Source: Amoebophrya sp. A120
Taxonomy: Eukaryota > Protista > Dinoflagellata
Assembly (NCBI GenBank): GCA_905178155.1
Contig: CAJINV010000018.1
Location: 910,609-974,608 of the forward strand
Length of the DNA: 64,000 bases
Reading direction: 5' to 3'
Notes under the pieces: generated by a model
What the model was told of the DNA's origin: nothing
Seen by the model: the letters and a program-made list of their open reading frames with translations, nothing else
The model's database searches: none
Shown here: positions 1 through 12,442 of the stretch, piece by piece
Layout: each line of letters begins with the position of its first letter
Position numbering within the stretch: the stretch's first letter is position 1
Made by a program: the position numbers and the translations under genes

Positions 1-3000
1 AGGGTGAGAAAGTAGAGCCCAAAGTGCACCAAGACAAGCAGGAACTTCACCTCCTGCAGATCCAGGTAGCCGACCCGGTCCCCAAAAATCGCCGCCACGT
101 AGAGGATATGAACTGAAAAAGTATTGCATCGCATTCGTATAAATGCATTACAAATTTCCTCAGCATGAGAAATACACTTTGTAATGCGAATTTACCTTAA
201 GAAAAAGATTTGTAATGCACGATTGCAATACGAGTACTATACTTTTGCACAGGATAGAGAATCTGGAAGAGGCAGAATCCCCAAAGCAGGAAGGCGATTT
301 TGCACGAAGAATTGCTGGTGATCGAAGTCTATGAACTGCAAAAGGAGTACCTACTATCGTACTAGTTGAAATTGCAATACATCTTGCTCAGCATTACACA
401 TGGAATTTGTCGTGCTGATTCAGCTCACGAGAAAAATTCCTCATGCATAACTGCAATATTAGTACGAATGCGATACTTTTACAGTTGATAGAGTCTTTGC
501 GTACAGCCGGTTCGTGGCCAACAGGCAGAGGTAGTAGTGGAGAACCAGGACAAGCACCAGAAAGACCGACAAAAAACACACGTAATCCACGTCAAGTTGG
601 TATCCTGTGCGAAAGATGCACGGTGATAGTTCTACTGACCTAGCGCTAGCGCATTGCAGCTGCACAAATTTTTTTTATCCTTATGCACAAAAAAATATCT
701 CCGAACAATTTTTGCACAGGATAGACGGAGCCAGATGACGAAGGCAAACACCGTGACCAGGAGCGTGACGTACTTGGACGGGTAGTCGAACCGGGCGGGC
801 ATGATGAGCCTCTCCGCCGACATTTTGCTGAAGCTACGGCTGTATCAAATGTAAAAATGTCTGCATCTGGAAACTTGTGATGCTGGGTGGCGTCTCATGA
901 TGAGGCCACAAATGCTGGCGCAGCATGACAAGTTTCTGAGCTCCCGGATGTTGCCTATTCTGCATGACAAACTGCGTTTCTGCATGACGGAAAAACGGAG
1001 CTCTTGGGTAACGTGCATTACAGACTTAAGAGTCATGCCAGACAAGCATGACAAACATGCATTCTTCTAGACCCAGACACTTTTGCATTTGATAGGCTGC
1101 GGATCACGTGTTTGGCGATGTAGTTGGGTAGGAGAATGTCAAACAGCAGGTCGAAGAGCAGGACGGAAACCGAAATATCCTGTGCAAAAGCATCGCAATC
1201 GTAGCAATTGCAATTCTGCATTTACAAATCTCCATCCCAAGGCAAAACGGCATGACAAAGTCCATTTGTAGTCATGCTGAGGTTCTTTATAAATGCAATT
1301 ACTACTAGTACGATGCTTTTGCAGTTCATACGAGAACGGAAACAGCAGCTCCCACACTTCCATCGCTAGCAGTGCGTCCACCTGCTGACTCTCCGTCCGC
1401 GGGGTGCCGGCGGAGTTGGTGGCGACGACACTGTAGCCATCGTTTTCGTAGGCCGCACTCTGGGTTTCGTAAACCATGTCTTCGATCTTTCCCTGGCTCG
1501 CGATCCACATGCAGAGGAAATCGAACATGAGCATGGCAATCACGGCAAAATAGGTGACGACGAAAAAGACCAGGTTTCGCGTTTCTCCGGACGTGAATCC
1601 GACGGAGTCGATATCCTGAGTAAAAACATCCCCACCCCAGAGTTCTTATCATGCAGATTTGCAATTGCAGGAAGATTTGTAATGCGCACCCCCATGAGAG
1701 GCATTTCCAATCGTGTTTTGGAATTTATGATGCCGTAAACAGAATAGGTAGATGGGTTTGTGATGCGGTTGAACTTGCTAGACTGCACTACAATGCAGAA
1801 AGGAACTTGTCATGCGCGACTCCCAAAGCTTCTGGATTTGTGTCGCGAGATCCCCGTCTTGGCTCTGGTGTGGGGACGTTTTTCCTCTCAATAATCGAAG
1901 ATGTTCCCGCCCACCCGGATCAGCTGCATGGCCCCCACGGCGGGCACGAGCCCGGCGATCCAGTCGGTTAGCATGGGCATCTCGATCCCGGGGGTGCGTG
2001 CGTATTCTGAGTAAAAACGTCCCCACCCAAGAGTTGTTGTTATGCAGATTTGCAGTTACAGGAAGATTTGTAATGCGCATCCCCATGAGAGGCATTTCCC
2101 ATCTTGTTTTGGACTTTGTAATGCTGTAAACAGGATGACTAGATGGATTTGTGTTGCGGCTGTACTTCCTAACCTACACTACACTACAGAGAGGAACTTG
2201 TCATGCTTGAATCCCAAAACTTCTCGATTTGTATTGCGAGATGTCGCCATCTTGACTATGGGGTGGGGACGTTTTTACTCAGGATAGTGCGTATACCAGA
2301 TTCAAGTACAGGTTCGGGAGCGAGATGATCATGTACGTGATGGTCAGCAGCAACAGGGAGATGAAGGCAAACACGAGTCTGGTATAACCTGCTCAGTTGT
2401 CACAAGCTCGATTTCATACAGCGTTAGCACAGAACATGGAACATCTGTGATGCGAGAAGTGCACGATCTAGCCCACTCGCACAACAGGATTGCGCATGAC
2501 AAGCTCCGGAGCAGTCGCAGTCCCAAACCGTGCTAAAATTATCATCATCTGGCGAAATTTGTATTGCAGAAACTGGAACGCTCTGCGAGTCTGTCATGCT
2601 CATCATGCAATACAAAATCCAGACTCATCTATTCGTAACAGTTGAGATTGAAACGCCTGCGCAGGTCATATCTTGTCACCTTGAATTCAATGTCCCAGTT
2701 AATCATTTCCGGGTCCGTCATTGCGGGTTCCTATGACAGTGCACAACTGCTCCCCCTCCCCCTCATTTGTAATGCAAAATCCCAAATCCAGCTGGTGCCT
2801 TGTAGCAGCACTGTTTGCATGATAAATCCTGGAAGGAGCCCAAACAGCACTATACGGCGGTGCAAATTTGTTATGCAAAACCGGCACTCCTGCTGAAGCT
2901 TGCATTGCCGTTCATGCTATACAAATGAGTCAGGAGGAGGAGGGAGGAGGCAGGAGGCAGGAGTAGGAGTTGTGCACCGTCAACATACTTCCAGCGAGAT

Positions 3001-6000
3001 TTCGTATTTGTTCAGGAACTTCGGCGGTTTGGTCTTCTCGTGGTTGTTGTTTGCCAGCACCAGGTCCCGCATGTCCCGAGTGCCGAAGGTAATGTAGCAG
3101 GTGCCGTGCATCCTATGAACTGCAACAGTATCGTACTCGCATAAATGCATGACAAATTCTCTCAGCATGAGAAACAAAATTTGTAATGCTGATTTACGTT
3201 GAGAAAAAAATTTGTAATGCATGATTGCAATACGAGTACGATACTTTTGCACAGGATACATCCGCGCCTTCAGCAACATTTTAAACACGTACTGCTCGTC
3301 GCGAGTGCTCAACTTGTCGAAGATCGGATATCCTGTGTAAAAACGTCCCCACACCATAGTTGTCATGCAAATCAGCACGCCAAAAAAGTTTCTCATGCGA
3401 AGCCCCATGAGAAGCATACTCTACTCGTGTTTTGGAGTTTGTGATGCTAGAATCGACACGATATGCTAGATCTGTGACGCTACTGAACTAGCGAAACAGG
3501 ATCACACTATGAGGGCAAACTTGTCATGCGAATTAGCGAAAGCTGGTCGATTTGTCTAAGTAGCAGATTTCCCATCTTGACTCTGGTGTGGGGATGTTTT
3601 TACTCAGGATATCGGCACCAGCTTGTTCGAGTTCGGACCGTAGCCCAGAAGGCAGTCGATCGGCTTCAGGGGGGGCAGCTTCCGGAGACTCTTGTCGAGA
3701 AAGCTGTCGCGATTGCGGCCCGTCGCGCGACTAGAGAGGCCGGACAACGCGAGGCCGTCGGTGTTCAGATACTGCAGTTTCCGCTTCTCGTCTATGGACT
3801 TTTCAAGCGTTATGTTCTCAACTGTTCCAGCACGAATTTGCGATGCAAGAACAGCAACTCAGTGAAAGGCGCCAGCTTGCGGCAGTCGCATCACAAATTT
3901 GGCCCCGACACTGGTCCTGATGTTTAGCCCTGTTTCGAGAGTTTGTCATGCAAAGTAGCTTGATCGTCTGATACAGGTACTAGTAGCTCAATGGCAATTT
4001 TGCAATGACAAGTCATGCTTGTAACAGTTAAGAATGTAACTTCCGAGAATGCCATATCGTCCAGGTTGTGTGTGTGCTCCTCCAACATTTTCAACACTGC
4101 GCGGTTTTGGTGGTTCTGAAACGACTGTGGCAGGGTGTACCGGAGACTGCACCCGATGATCTGCAGGTTTGGGTTCCACTGCAGCAGCCACTTCTGCACC
4201 GCCAGCGCGTCGGTACCCTGCGGAAAGTTGCTGGCTACCAGGCAGAACTGCCGCGGACTGGGCAGCAGGCTGTCGCAGGCGTGCCCGATCCGGAGGCAGG
4301 ACAGGTAGTACCAGAAGGTGAGGAGCATGGCGCCAAAATACACCCCGAGCAGCCCGCCAGCCATTACCTGTTCGACCTTCGTCTGCTTCCACTGCTTATC
4401 AAGTGCAAAAGTGTCTGGGTCTGGAAGGATGCAACTTGTGATGCTGCATTTGGACTCCAAAAAAATCTGCATTGCATGAGCAGCAAAGGGAGTGCAATTT
4501 TTGCTACGGGAAGAGGGCATTTGTCATGCGGAATAAGCATCCAGAAGATCACAAAAAATCTCTGATGCTTGGGCATGCATCACAGACATCATGGCTCACG
4601 CAAAACTTGCATGACAAGTCTCAGAATCTTCCAGACCCAGACACTTTTGCGCTTGATACTGCTTACTCTGCTCCGCCTCGAACATCCGATCGGCGCTCGC
4701 TTTATCCTGTGCAAAAGCATCGTACTCGTAGTAATTGCAATAATGCATTACAAATCTCTCTCTCTTAAGGCGAATCAGCATTTACAAATTTTCCTTCTCA
4801 TGCTAAGCAAATTTGTCATGCGATTTATACTAGTACGATTATACTTTTGCATTGCATACGCTTCGGCTTCCTCCAAAGTTGTTGCATCTTCGCTTAACAC
4901 GGAGGTGTTCTTCCGTGAGGAAGAAGATCCGGAGCTGCGGTTGCGACGTCCACCACGACGTTCCCGTCGACCCTTCTCCTGCTCGACACTCGACATGCTC
5001 ATCTGGAAGAAAGACGTAAATTGCTGCCTCAAAAAGCCTACCGGATCCGCGGCGGCGGTTCGGAGGAGGTGATCTTGTTGGTCAACTACACGGTCGCGGC
5101 CCCTGCCCGCCTGGTCATCGAAAATCAGTCTTTCTTCTGGCGTAGAAGCAGAGCTCCTACTTGCAGTCGACGTTCTCAAAAGTCTACTCTTTGTTCCACC
5201 GCCTGGTATCGTGCTGTCGTGATCTCTACTCTCTACTTCTGTTGTACCAGAATTTCTTGTTGCCACGCTTTTCTTGTTTATCTCCAGGAAGGAGCTTGAC
5301 GTAGCACTTTTCGACGCCCCCGCGGCGGCGGCCCAGGATGAGAAGTACGCGCTCTGCGTGTTGTGAAACAGCAGCTCGTCGTCTCGAATGCCGTCCTCCT
5401 CGTAAATTTTTCCGCACTTCAGCTCCAGTTGCAGCAAACCCGGTCGTGCGGGCGTCAACACCCCGCCGGTAGCAGCGCCGGACATCGCAGCAGAGGGCAC
5501 TACAGAAGTGCTTCCGGAGGTCGAAGAAGATGTCGTGTTCGCAGAGCTTGTTCCTGTTGTTGTGTTCTTGTCGCTCGTACCAGTACCAGTATCCTTCGTG
5601 ACAAAGTCCCCTTCCGCGTGACTCGACCCCCGGAAGAGGACGAAGCTCTGCATTTGGTCACTGTAGAGGCTCGCCGTGCCGTAGAAATACACGCGGGTGC
5701 CGCAGACCTGCAGGGCCAGGGCGAGCGCTTATCCTGTGCAAAAGTATCGCACTCGTAGTAATTGCAGTCATGCATTACAAATCTCGTTCCCAAGGCAAAT
5801 CAGCATGACAAATTGCATTTGTCATGCTGAGAAAATTTGCAATGCAATTCATGCTAGTACGTCGATGCTTTTGCATTTCATAGCGCCACCACCAGCACCA
5901 TTCGGTGGAACGCGAAAAAGAAGTAGTGCCCCGGCCCCACGTATCAAGTGCAAAAGTGTGTGGGTCTGGAAACTTGTGATGCTGGGTGGCGTATTGTGAG

Positions 6001-9000
6001 GAGGCCACAAGTGCTGGCTCAGCATGACAAGTTTCTGAGCTTCTAGGTGTTGCCTATTCTGCATGACAAACTGCATGTTTGCATGACAGAAAAATGGCGC
6101 TCCTGGGCAACGTGCATGACAGATTTGAGAGTTATGCCAGACAAGCATGACAAACATGCACTCTTCCAGACCCAGACATTTTTGCATTTGATACCACGTC
6201 GGTCGGCGAGGGGAACACGCGCCACAATACCGGGAAAAAAGCGCTGTGTCGCTCTGGAAAGTCGTCCTCATCGTCGTGATCATTTGTTGATGTGCTGGCT
6301 GCGGTTACTGCTTTTATTTTCTTTTCGGCAGGAGAACCAGGAGGGGACGTCGTCGACTTCTCAGTTCCACCGTCTAGTTGTTTGTCATCTTCATGCGTTT
6401 TCTTGGCTTTGTCACTTGATTTCGCAGCTACCAGGGGCGATAGGTTCTTGTTGTTCCTGCTTCCAGAAGGAGGTGATGGACTTCTACCCCCTCGAGCTGG
6501 ACTTCCAGAAGTTCTAGACCCGGCGACAAGAACGTCGGACCGCAGCCGGCCCCAGTTGCCCAGCACCTTCTGTGGCCGGCAGCACTGCTTGTAGACGTAG
6601 GCCGCCCACGTGTTCTCCACGCTGTTCACCGTTTTGCGCAAAAAGAGAAGCAGCAGGTACAGGGCGGAAACGGTCACGATCACGAGGATGAAAACGTACT
6701 CGATCAGCACAATCTTGTGAATCAGATGGGACTCTCAAGCGTTACATTCTCAACTTATATATTACATGAATTTGGCATGCAGAGTCACTATATCACGCTT
6801 CTCACGATGAAGCTTCTTCGCATGACAAGTTCTCGACAAGTCATGTAGCAGCATAATCTGTGCCAAATCTGTAATGCAAGACGCGCATCAAGGTCAACGT
6901 CAACCCTTTCACTTTTCCGATTCTTGCATCACAAATTCATGTAACAGTTTCTTGTTGAGAATGTACCGACTGAGAACGCCATAAATCAGCCGGTTCTCGC
7001 ACACGGACCCGTTCCCCGACAACGCCATGCCCGTGTCGCATATTCTATTTAAAAACGTCCCCACCCCATAGCTGTCATGCTGATTTGCATCTACAGAAAA
7101 ATCTGTAATGCACATCTGCAAGAGAGCAATTTGCAGTCGTGGTGTTCTGGGATTTGTAATGCTCTAAACAGGATGAGCAGACGTCTTTGTGATGTTGCGG
7201 TTGTCCTTGCTAAACAGCACTACACTACAGATGATAACTTGTCATGCATACCTCCCAAAGCTGGGAGATCTGTGTTGCAGATTTACCAATTTGACTATGG
7301 GGTGGGGACATTTTTACTCTGGATATCGCAGCGGTGACACTTGTGCAGGTAAAACGGCTCGTCCTGCGGAGGTGTTTGCCCCGCTACGCTCGTCGCGCCG
7401 GACGTGCTGTTTTCGCCGAGAATCGTCCATTTCCGCGTGCTGGTGACGTCGCATTCCACGCAGCCCTATCAAATGCAAAAATCTCTGGGTCTGGAAAAGT
7501 GGAACTTGTGATGCGTGTCTCGCATTCCTGGAAAATCTGTGTAGTTGCACGAGCACCAGCAAAGGAGAAGCTTTCTTTGTCATGCGAAAACGAAATTTGT
7601 AATGCGTGCTAGGCATCAGCAGGCGTCTCAAAAACTTGTCATGCTTGGCTGCCATTGCAAGCGCTTCAATCATGCTCAATTCAGCATCACAGGTTTCCAG
7701 ACATCCAGGGATATCGATATTTGCAGTGCATAACCCCGGAATCACCGCGCGCCCACACGGCACCTCGCACTTGCGGCTCTGTGGGTTTATGGATTGTAAA
7801 AATGTCTGGGTCTGGAAGGATGCGAACTTGTGATGCGCATTTCACAACGCAGAGAAATCTCTCATGCATAGGCAGCAAAAGGTGCCCACTTCCTGTCACC
7901 TCCAAAGTGGGGGATTTGTCATGCGGATTAAGCAATGCGGAAGCTTCTCGAAATCTCTGATGCTAGGGCTTCCATGACAGACATCTTGTGTCATGCAAAA
8001 ACAGCATAACAAAAATCAGCATTCTTCCAGAGGACCCAGACACTTTTACATTTGATAGGGTTCGCGAAGGAACGAAGCCGGTCGAAGTCCCCGCACTGGT
8101 CCGGGCGCACGCAGATCTTGTAGCACGGGGAGTCGTCACTCGGGATCTCGAACCCGCACTCCTCTGGACAGGGGGTGTTTACGGGCACCAGGGCCGTGTT
8201 GTCCGCCGACATGGGGGCGCAGGAGCACATCGCCTGAATCTTCTGTGCGCGCACGCTGGTTTTGTGCTGCGCCAAAGCGGAAGACGTCGCGCCTGCTCCG
8301 TAGTCCGTTCTCTTCAGCAACGACGTCCACCGCGACAGCTCCGCGTCGCAGAGCAAGGCTCGGGAGGTCGCCGTGTTGGGGCTCAGTTGGTTTTCTCCGG
8401 CGAGAATGCTGGTGGACACGTTCTGTGGCATGCTGTAGAGCAGGGAGGTGTAGGAACCGCTGGCGGAGTTGTCTTCATCTCCGGAAGTCGCTGTGCTGCC
8501 GAAAATGATTTCTTTGACCGCGGTATCCTATGTAAAAACGTACCCACCCCATAGTCAAGATGGGGAATCGGCTAGACAAATCCACAAGCTTTGGCTGTTT
8601 CGCATGACAAATTTGGGCGCGTAGTGTAGTTCTGTTTGAGCTAGTTCAGCAGCATTACAGATCTAGTCTCTCATGCTGATCAGAGCATGACAAATTTCAA
8701 AACACCATTAGAAAATGCTTCTCATGGGGCTCCGCATGAGAAACATTTTTTTTTAAGCATACAGATTTGCATTACAACTCTGGTGTGGGTACGTTTTTAC
8801 GCAGGATACGCGGTGGAAAACGTCGTGGGGCTGAACAAGTCCATCGCGTTTATCAAATGCAAAAGTGTCTAGGTCTGGAAGGATGCGAACTTGTGATGCT
8901 GCATTTGGATTCCAAAAAAAATCTGTATTGCATGAGTACCAAAGGGAATGCAATTTTTGCTACGCTGAGAAGGCATTTGTCATGCGGAATAGGCATCAAG

Positions 9001-11483
9001 AAGCCCTCGAAACATCTGCGAAGCTACGACATGCATCACAGACATCCTGGCTCATGCAAAACGTGCATGACAAGTCTCAGAATCTCCCAGACCCAGACAC
9101 TTTTACACTCGATGGCGTTTACGTCCGTGCCAAACAGGCTGTTCCTTTGCAACCCCGGTGGCACTTTGTTGCCCAAAATATTTTCGATGTCGTTCCGCCG
9201 ATACGGCGAACCCTGCGCGTGAACCGCGCTCAACTGCGAAGTGGATTCATCAGTTCCGTTTGCGTCCCGAGTAGCAGAGCCGCTCGCCGTCAACACGGAG
9301 GCTACCCCGTCGATGCTGACCGTGCTGCCCTGGGCCGTGTCGGAGTTACTCGCGTCGAACGAGTACAGGGGAAAGTGGGCGATTAAATCGCTGTAGGTCG
9401 TCGTGTTTTCGTCGTACACGTGCTCCAAGACTGGCTGTGTACTCACCTGCCAGTTGTACTCGTCGTTCCACAAAATACTCGCCCCTGTAGCTGACTTGAA
9501 GTGGCTGATGTTCGTCAACAGTGCCGCCGCGGTCGTCGGTTCGTTCGTTTTATGCAATGCAAAAGCATCGTACTAGTATGCATGCATGACAAAATTTTTC
9601 AAGAGAAAAAATGCAATTTGTAATCATGCTGGTTTACCTTACTTGCTGGATCTGTCATGCAAGACGGCGATTAGTACGAGAACGAGTACGATACTTTTGC
9701 ACAGGATACGTTTTCAGCTTCAGCAACTCCTGGTTCAACCGGTAGGTGTAGTACCGATTCAAAGTCTATCCAATGCAATAATTTGTCTGGGTCTGAAAAT
9801 TTGTGTTGCTGATACTCCCATTGCAGACTGGCCGCTTGTACGGGATAATAGCATGAGGAGCTTGCCTCTGGTCTGCAGCTTCATGCGAGTTCATGGGTAA
9901 ATAGCATGGCAAACTGCCTTCGAGATTCCAGCACGGCAATAAAACTCGATTATCCACTCCTGCTATTCATGCAAGCATACAGACCTTGCAGCTGCCGTTC
10001 AAATCGCGCATCACAGATCGACCACGACACCCAGACATCATATTTGCAATGGATATATCGGACGCGTGGACCATTATCTCCTCGCCCGCGTGTATCGCAA
10101 GAAAGACTTGCCTCGCTGCAAGCTTGTGATGCAGCGCGTGCGGAACAGAAATGTTTCTCTTGCTACTTACACATGCAAGATAAAAACCGTGGATTTGTAG
10201 TTTCTAGCACGGACGCACGGCAGATTCTTTATTTTCATGTAGAACAAATCTGTGAAGATGCAGAACTTGCAAAATCCTTACAGTGAAACACTTTTCTCGT
10301 ACGATAGTGTGGTTGCCGGTCCCGTTCTTTTTGCCAGCTGCGATGTGGAGCTGTTTTAGTTGCGCCACAATGTCGTCCTCCTTGTCTGCGTAGTCCGGAA
10401 TCTTTATCCCAGAGAAAAAAGCGGGCAGGGCATTTTTGTAATGCAAAAACAAATACACAGAAAAGCTTTGTCATGGGTGGCCCCATAGCATGCTGCTTCG
10501 GATATGCAATGCAGATTTTTTCTTTTTGCCTGTTTATTTTTGCATTACAAATATGCCCTGCCAGCTTTTTTCCGTGTAATAATTTTGCTGCTGTCCCACC
10601 CCACCGTGGTCATCAATTTCAAAAACCGCTGGTACGCCTATAACCCTCTCAGGTGTTACATTCTCAAACGTTACAACAGAGTCTGAGATTAGTCTTGCAT
10701 GATGAGCATGACAGACTCACAGAGCGTTCGACGTTCTGCAATACAAGTAGTTTCGTCAGATTGTAGTGGGGTTTGGGGCTCCGGAACATGTCATGCGCAA
10801 TCCTATGAGAGTTGTCTAGATCATGCACTCTTGCATCACAGATGTCAATATTCTGTTGTAACGTTTGAGATTGTAACACCTGAGCGGGTGATAACGCCTC
10901 CACACTGGCGCCTAGGGCCTTCGCCTTGCTTATCAGCACAGGTTCGTACACAGCGATTTTGGACAAGTTCGGGTGCGACACCAGCGCCGCGATGTAGGTA
11001 TCCAGGGTGGTTTATCAAGCTGGATAAGAAAAAGTGCTCCTACCTTAGACCGTGAACTTGGAAGCATCTGCATCGCACGGTTTACTTCAAAATGGATATG
11101 GAAACAATGATCTCCATTTGGCATATAATGCCAGCAATTGCAATACAAATTCTCGATCCAGTTGCAGAATTATAGCGTAAGTTTTCCCGTTGGTCTGGCA
11201 GCGGGGCACCTTTTCCTTATCATATGGTCGCCTTCAGTGCGAACGCCAGGTCTTGAGCGTCTGAAACCGTAGGCGCGGTGGAGGAAGTCGCTTGTGATTC
11301 GAGTTCGAGTCCGAATACAGGAGACATCATGGAGGTGCAGCCAAGACAGCAGACCACGATTGCCAAGGCGAATAATCTTCCCTTGTTGGGTGCTCCACCA
11401 GCTACTAGGGAGGCGGTAGGTCGTCGTATTGTGCTTCCACTCCTTAGGCGAATACCGCCACGATGATCGGGCACCACCGCCAT
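1..11483 (-). CDS. Large multi-pass membrane protein, OSCA/TMEM63 (CSC1)-like, with long Cys-containing N-terminal region; split by 28 introners; 3' end runs off the window
   Basis: Exons join after removing each element plus one DR. OSCA-like motifs: PSPRQFCLVASNFP, GTCYITFGT...LEPAMTDPEMINWDI, FDYPSKYVTLLV; many hydrophobic helices. Putative start MAVVPDH at 11483. Only some junctions were frame-checked, so single-gene status is inferred. Confidence 0.7.
107..256. mobile_element. Introner, family B
   Basis: tatgaactgaaaaagta...acttttgcacaggata; DR gagga/gagaa; frame restored (FQILYVAA). Confidence 0.85.
330..490. mobile_element. Introner, family B
   Basis: TAT..ATA TIR; DR aagtc/gagtc. 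Confidence 0.85.
601..723. mobile_element. Introner, family B (short)
   Basis: tatcctgtgcgaaa...ttttgcacaggata; DR gttgg/gacgg. Confidence 0.8.
843..1094. mobile_element. Introner, family A
   Basis: tatcaaatgtaaaaatgtctg...cagacacttttgcatttgata; DR ggctg. Confidence 0.92.
1176..1330. mobile_element. Introner, family B
   Basis: TIR; DR cgaaa/cgaga. Confidence 0.88.
1612..1893. mobile_element. Introner, family C
   Basis: tatcctgagtaaaaacatccccac...gtggggacgtttttcctctcaata; DR gtcga/atcga. Confidence 0.88.
2003..2286. mobile_element. Introner, family C
   Basis: TIR; DR gtgcg; close relative of 1612-1893. Confidence 0.92.
2383..2670. mobile_element. Introner, family E2
   Basis: tataacctgctcag...ctgcgcaggtcata; DR tctgg/tcttg; related to 10639-10893 in opposite orientation. 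Confidence 0.8.
2732..2987. mobile_element. Introner, family J
   Basis: tatgacagtgcacaact...agttgtgcaccgtcaacata; DR gttcc/cttcc. Confidence 0.8.
3114..3258. mobile_element. Introner, family B
   Basis: TIR; DR catcc. Confidence 0.92.
3329..3611. mobile_element. Introner, family C
   Basis: TIR; DR tcgga/tcggc. Confidence 0.9.
3793..4056. mobile_element. Introner, family E
   Basis: tatggacttttcaagcgtta...taacttccgagaatgccata; DR tcgtc. Confidence 0.88.
4397..4658. mobile_element. Introner, family A
   Basis: About 32-bp TIR; DR ctgct. Confidence 0.93.
4703..4858. mobile_element. Introner, family B
   Basis: TIR; DR cgctt. Confidence 0.92.
5730..5882. mobile_element. Introner, family B
   Basis: TIR; DR gcgct/gcgcc. 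Confidence 0.9.
5942..6193. mobile_element. Introner, family A
   Basis: TIR; DR ccacg; close relative of 843-1094 and 46298-46556. Confidence 0.93.
6725..6983. mobile_element. Introner, family E (left end GAT variant)
   Basis: gatgggactctcaagcgttac...gagaacgccata; DR aatca. Confidence 0.88.
7041..7325. mobile_element. Introner, family C
   Basis: TIR; DR tcgca. Confidence 0.92.
7467..7732. mobile_element. Introner, family A
   Basis: TIR; DR agccc/acccc. Confidence 0.86.
7788..8057. mobile_element. Introner, family A
   Basis: TIR; DR gggtt. Confidence 0.9.
8524..8808. mobile_element. Introner, family C
   Basis: TIR; DR cgcgg; opposite orientation to 18062-18340. Confidence 0.92.
8851..9114. 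mobile_element. Introner, family A (right end ATG variant)
   Basis: TIR; DR gcgtt. Confidence 0.9.
9551..9708. mobile_element. Introner, family B
   Basis: TIR; DR cgttt. Confidence 0.92.
9767..10055. mobile_element. Introner, family A (degenerate)
   Basis: tatccaatgcaata...tatttgcaatggata; DR eroded, but removing element plus 5 nt keeps frame (HASTLNRYY). Confidence 0.72.
10093..10306. mobile_element. Introner, family H
   Basis: tatcgcaagaaa...ttttctcgtacgata; DR gcgtg/gtgtg. Confidence 0.78.
10405..10581. mobile_element. Introner, singleton with about 55-60-bp TIR
   Basis: tatcccagagaaaaaagcgggcagggcatttttgtaatgc...gcattacaaatatgccctgccagcttttttccgtgtaata; DR atctt/atttt. Confidence 0.85.
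10639..10893. mobile_element. Introner, family E2
   Basis: About 42-bp TIR tataaccctctcaggtgttacattctcaaacgttacaacaga; DR acgcc. Confidence 0.92.
11013..11224. mobile_element. Introner, degenerate singleton
   Basis: gataagaaaaagtgctcc pairs with ggggcaccttttccttatc; DR tggtt/tggtc; frame ALKATTLDTYI. Confidence 0.72.
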
Positions 11484-12442
11484 TTTCGGTCGCGTGCTCG
11501 TCGAAAAACTTCCTGCCTTGCGACCTTGACGAGTGCTGCCTCGGGGTGCTCTCGTCGTTGCTTTCAACACTGGTGCTGCCGCAATCCTTATTTCATTGTG
11601 TTTTGGTTTTGCTTTTTGCCAATTTGGTTGAATTAATTTCCATACCGTCGCCTCTAGCGTGCACGACGACCACGACTCTTGAAGAAAATCAAAAAATCTT
11701 GAGCTAGGTAATATATTGGCACGAGCACCTGTCATTTGTTCATCTCTCGCTCTCCACATTGTTATGCCTTAGTTTGTCCATCATTGAAACTCTAACTCTC
11801 GCGCTCTTCAATCGAAATATTGTTACCTAGTAGAAAAAGACGAAACACGCCGAACGAAATTTGCAGTTCTTTTCTCGGATGCCGCAGCAGATTTTTTAGG
11901 CCAAACAAAGCTTGTCCTACGTATATGTGAAACCACTTGCGTTTCGACGTCGTGACGAATACGCAAGTGACTTCAATCCAGACCTCACATAATTTCCAGG
12001 TAAGGAGGCGTGCGCATGTCAAGGGCTTTCTCAGGATGCTGGTGGCCTCCCTCTTGACAATTTGCGTTTTCGCGCTCCTCTCTCTTCTCTCCGCGTCCGA
12101 CTCTCATGAATCACCAGAAATGACTTAATGAGTCTTGAGAAAGTTGCTCCTCTGAGGCATGAATTCGTGTGTACTTCTATGATTTTTATCATGCTGGCGA
12201 GTACGACAAGGTGGTGGACCTTGTTCCAACGAGAGATGACTGGAATCTGCGAAATGCATATCGATCGAACACTCCGGACCATCATTTGGCGCTCGAGAAA
12301 GCGAGTTTTGTGTTGCTGATCCTGATCCTGGAGCAGGAGCAACGTCCCTCTAGCGGAAAATATATTCAGCGGTGAAGGTGATGGTGCAAGCATGTGCTCA
12401 AATTGATGATCTTGTTGAAATGATTTCGTGGCGAACTTCTAT

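Noticed and set aside
107-11224. Regularly interspaced palindromic repeats resembling a CRISPR array or integron cassettes
   Set aside because: The repeats are paired ends of 120-325-bp elements, the spacers are in-frame exons of eukaryotic genes, and no cas or integrase gene is present.
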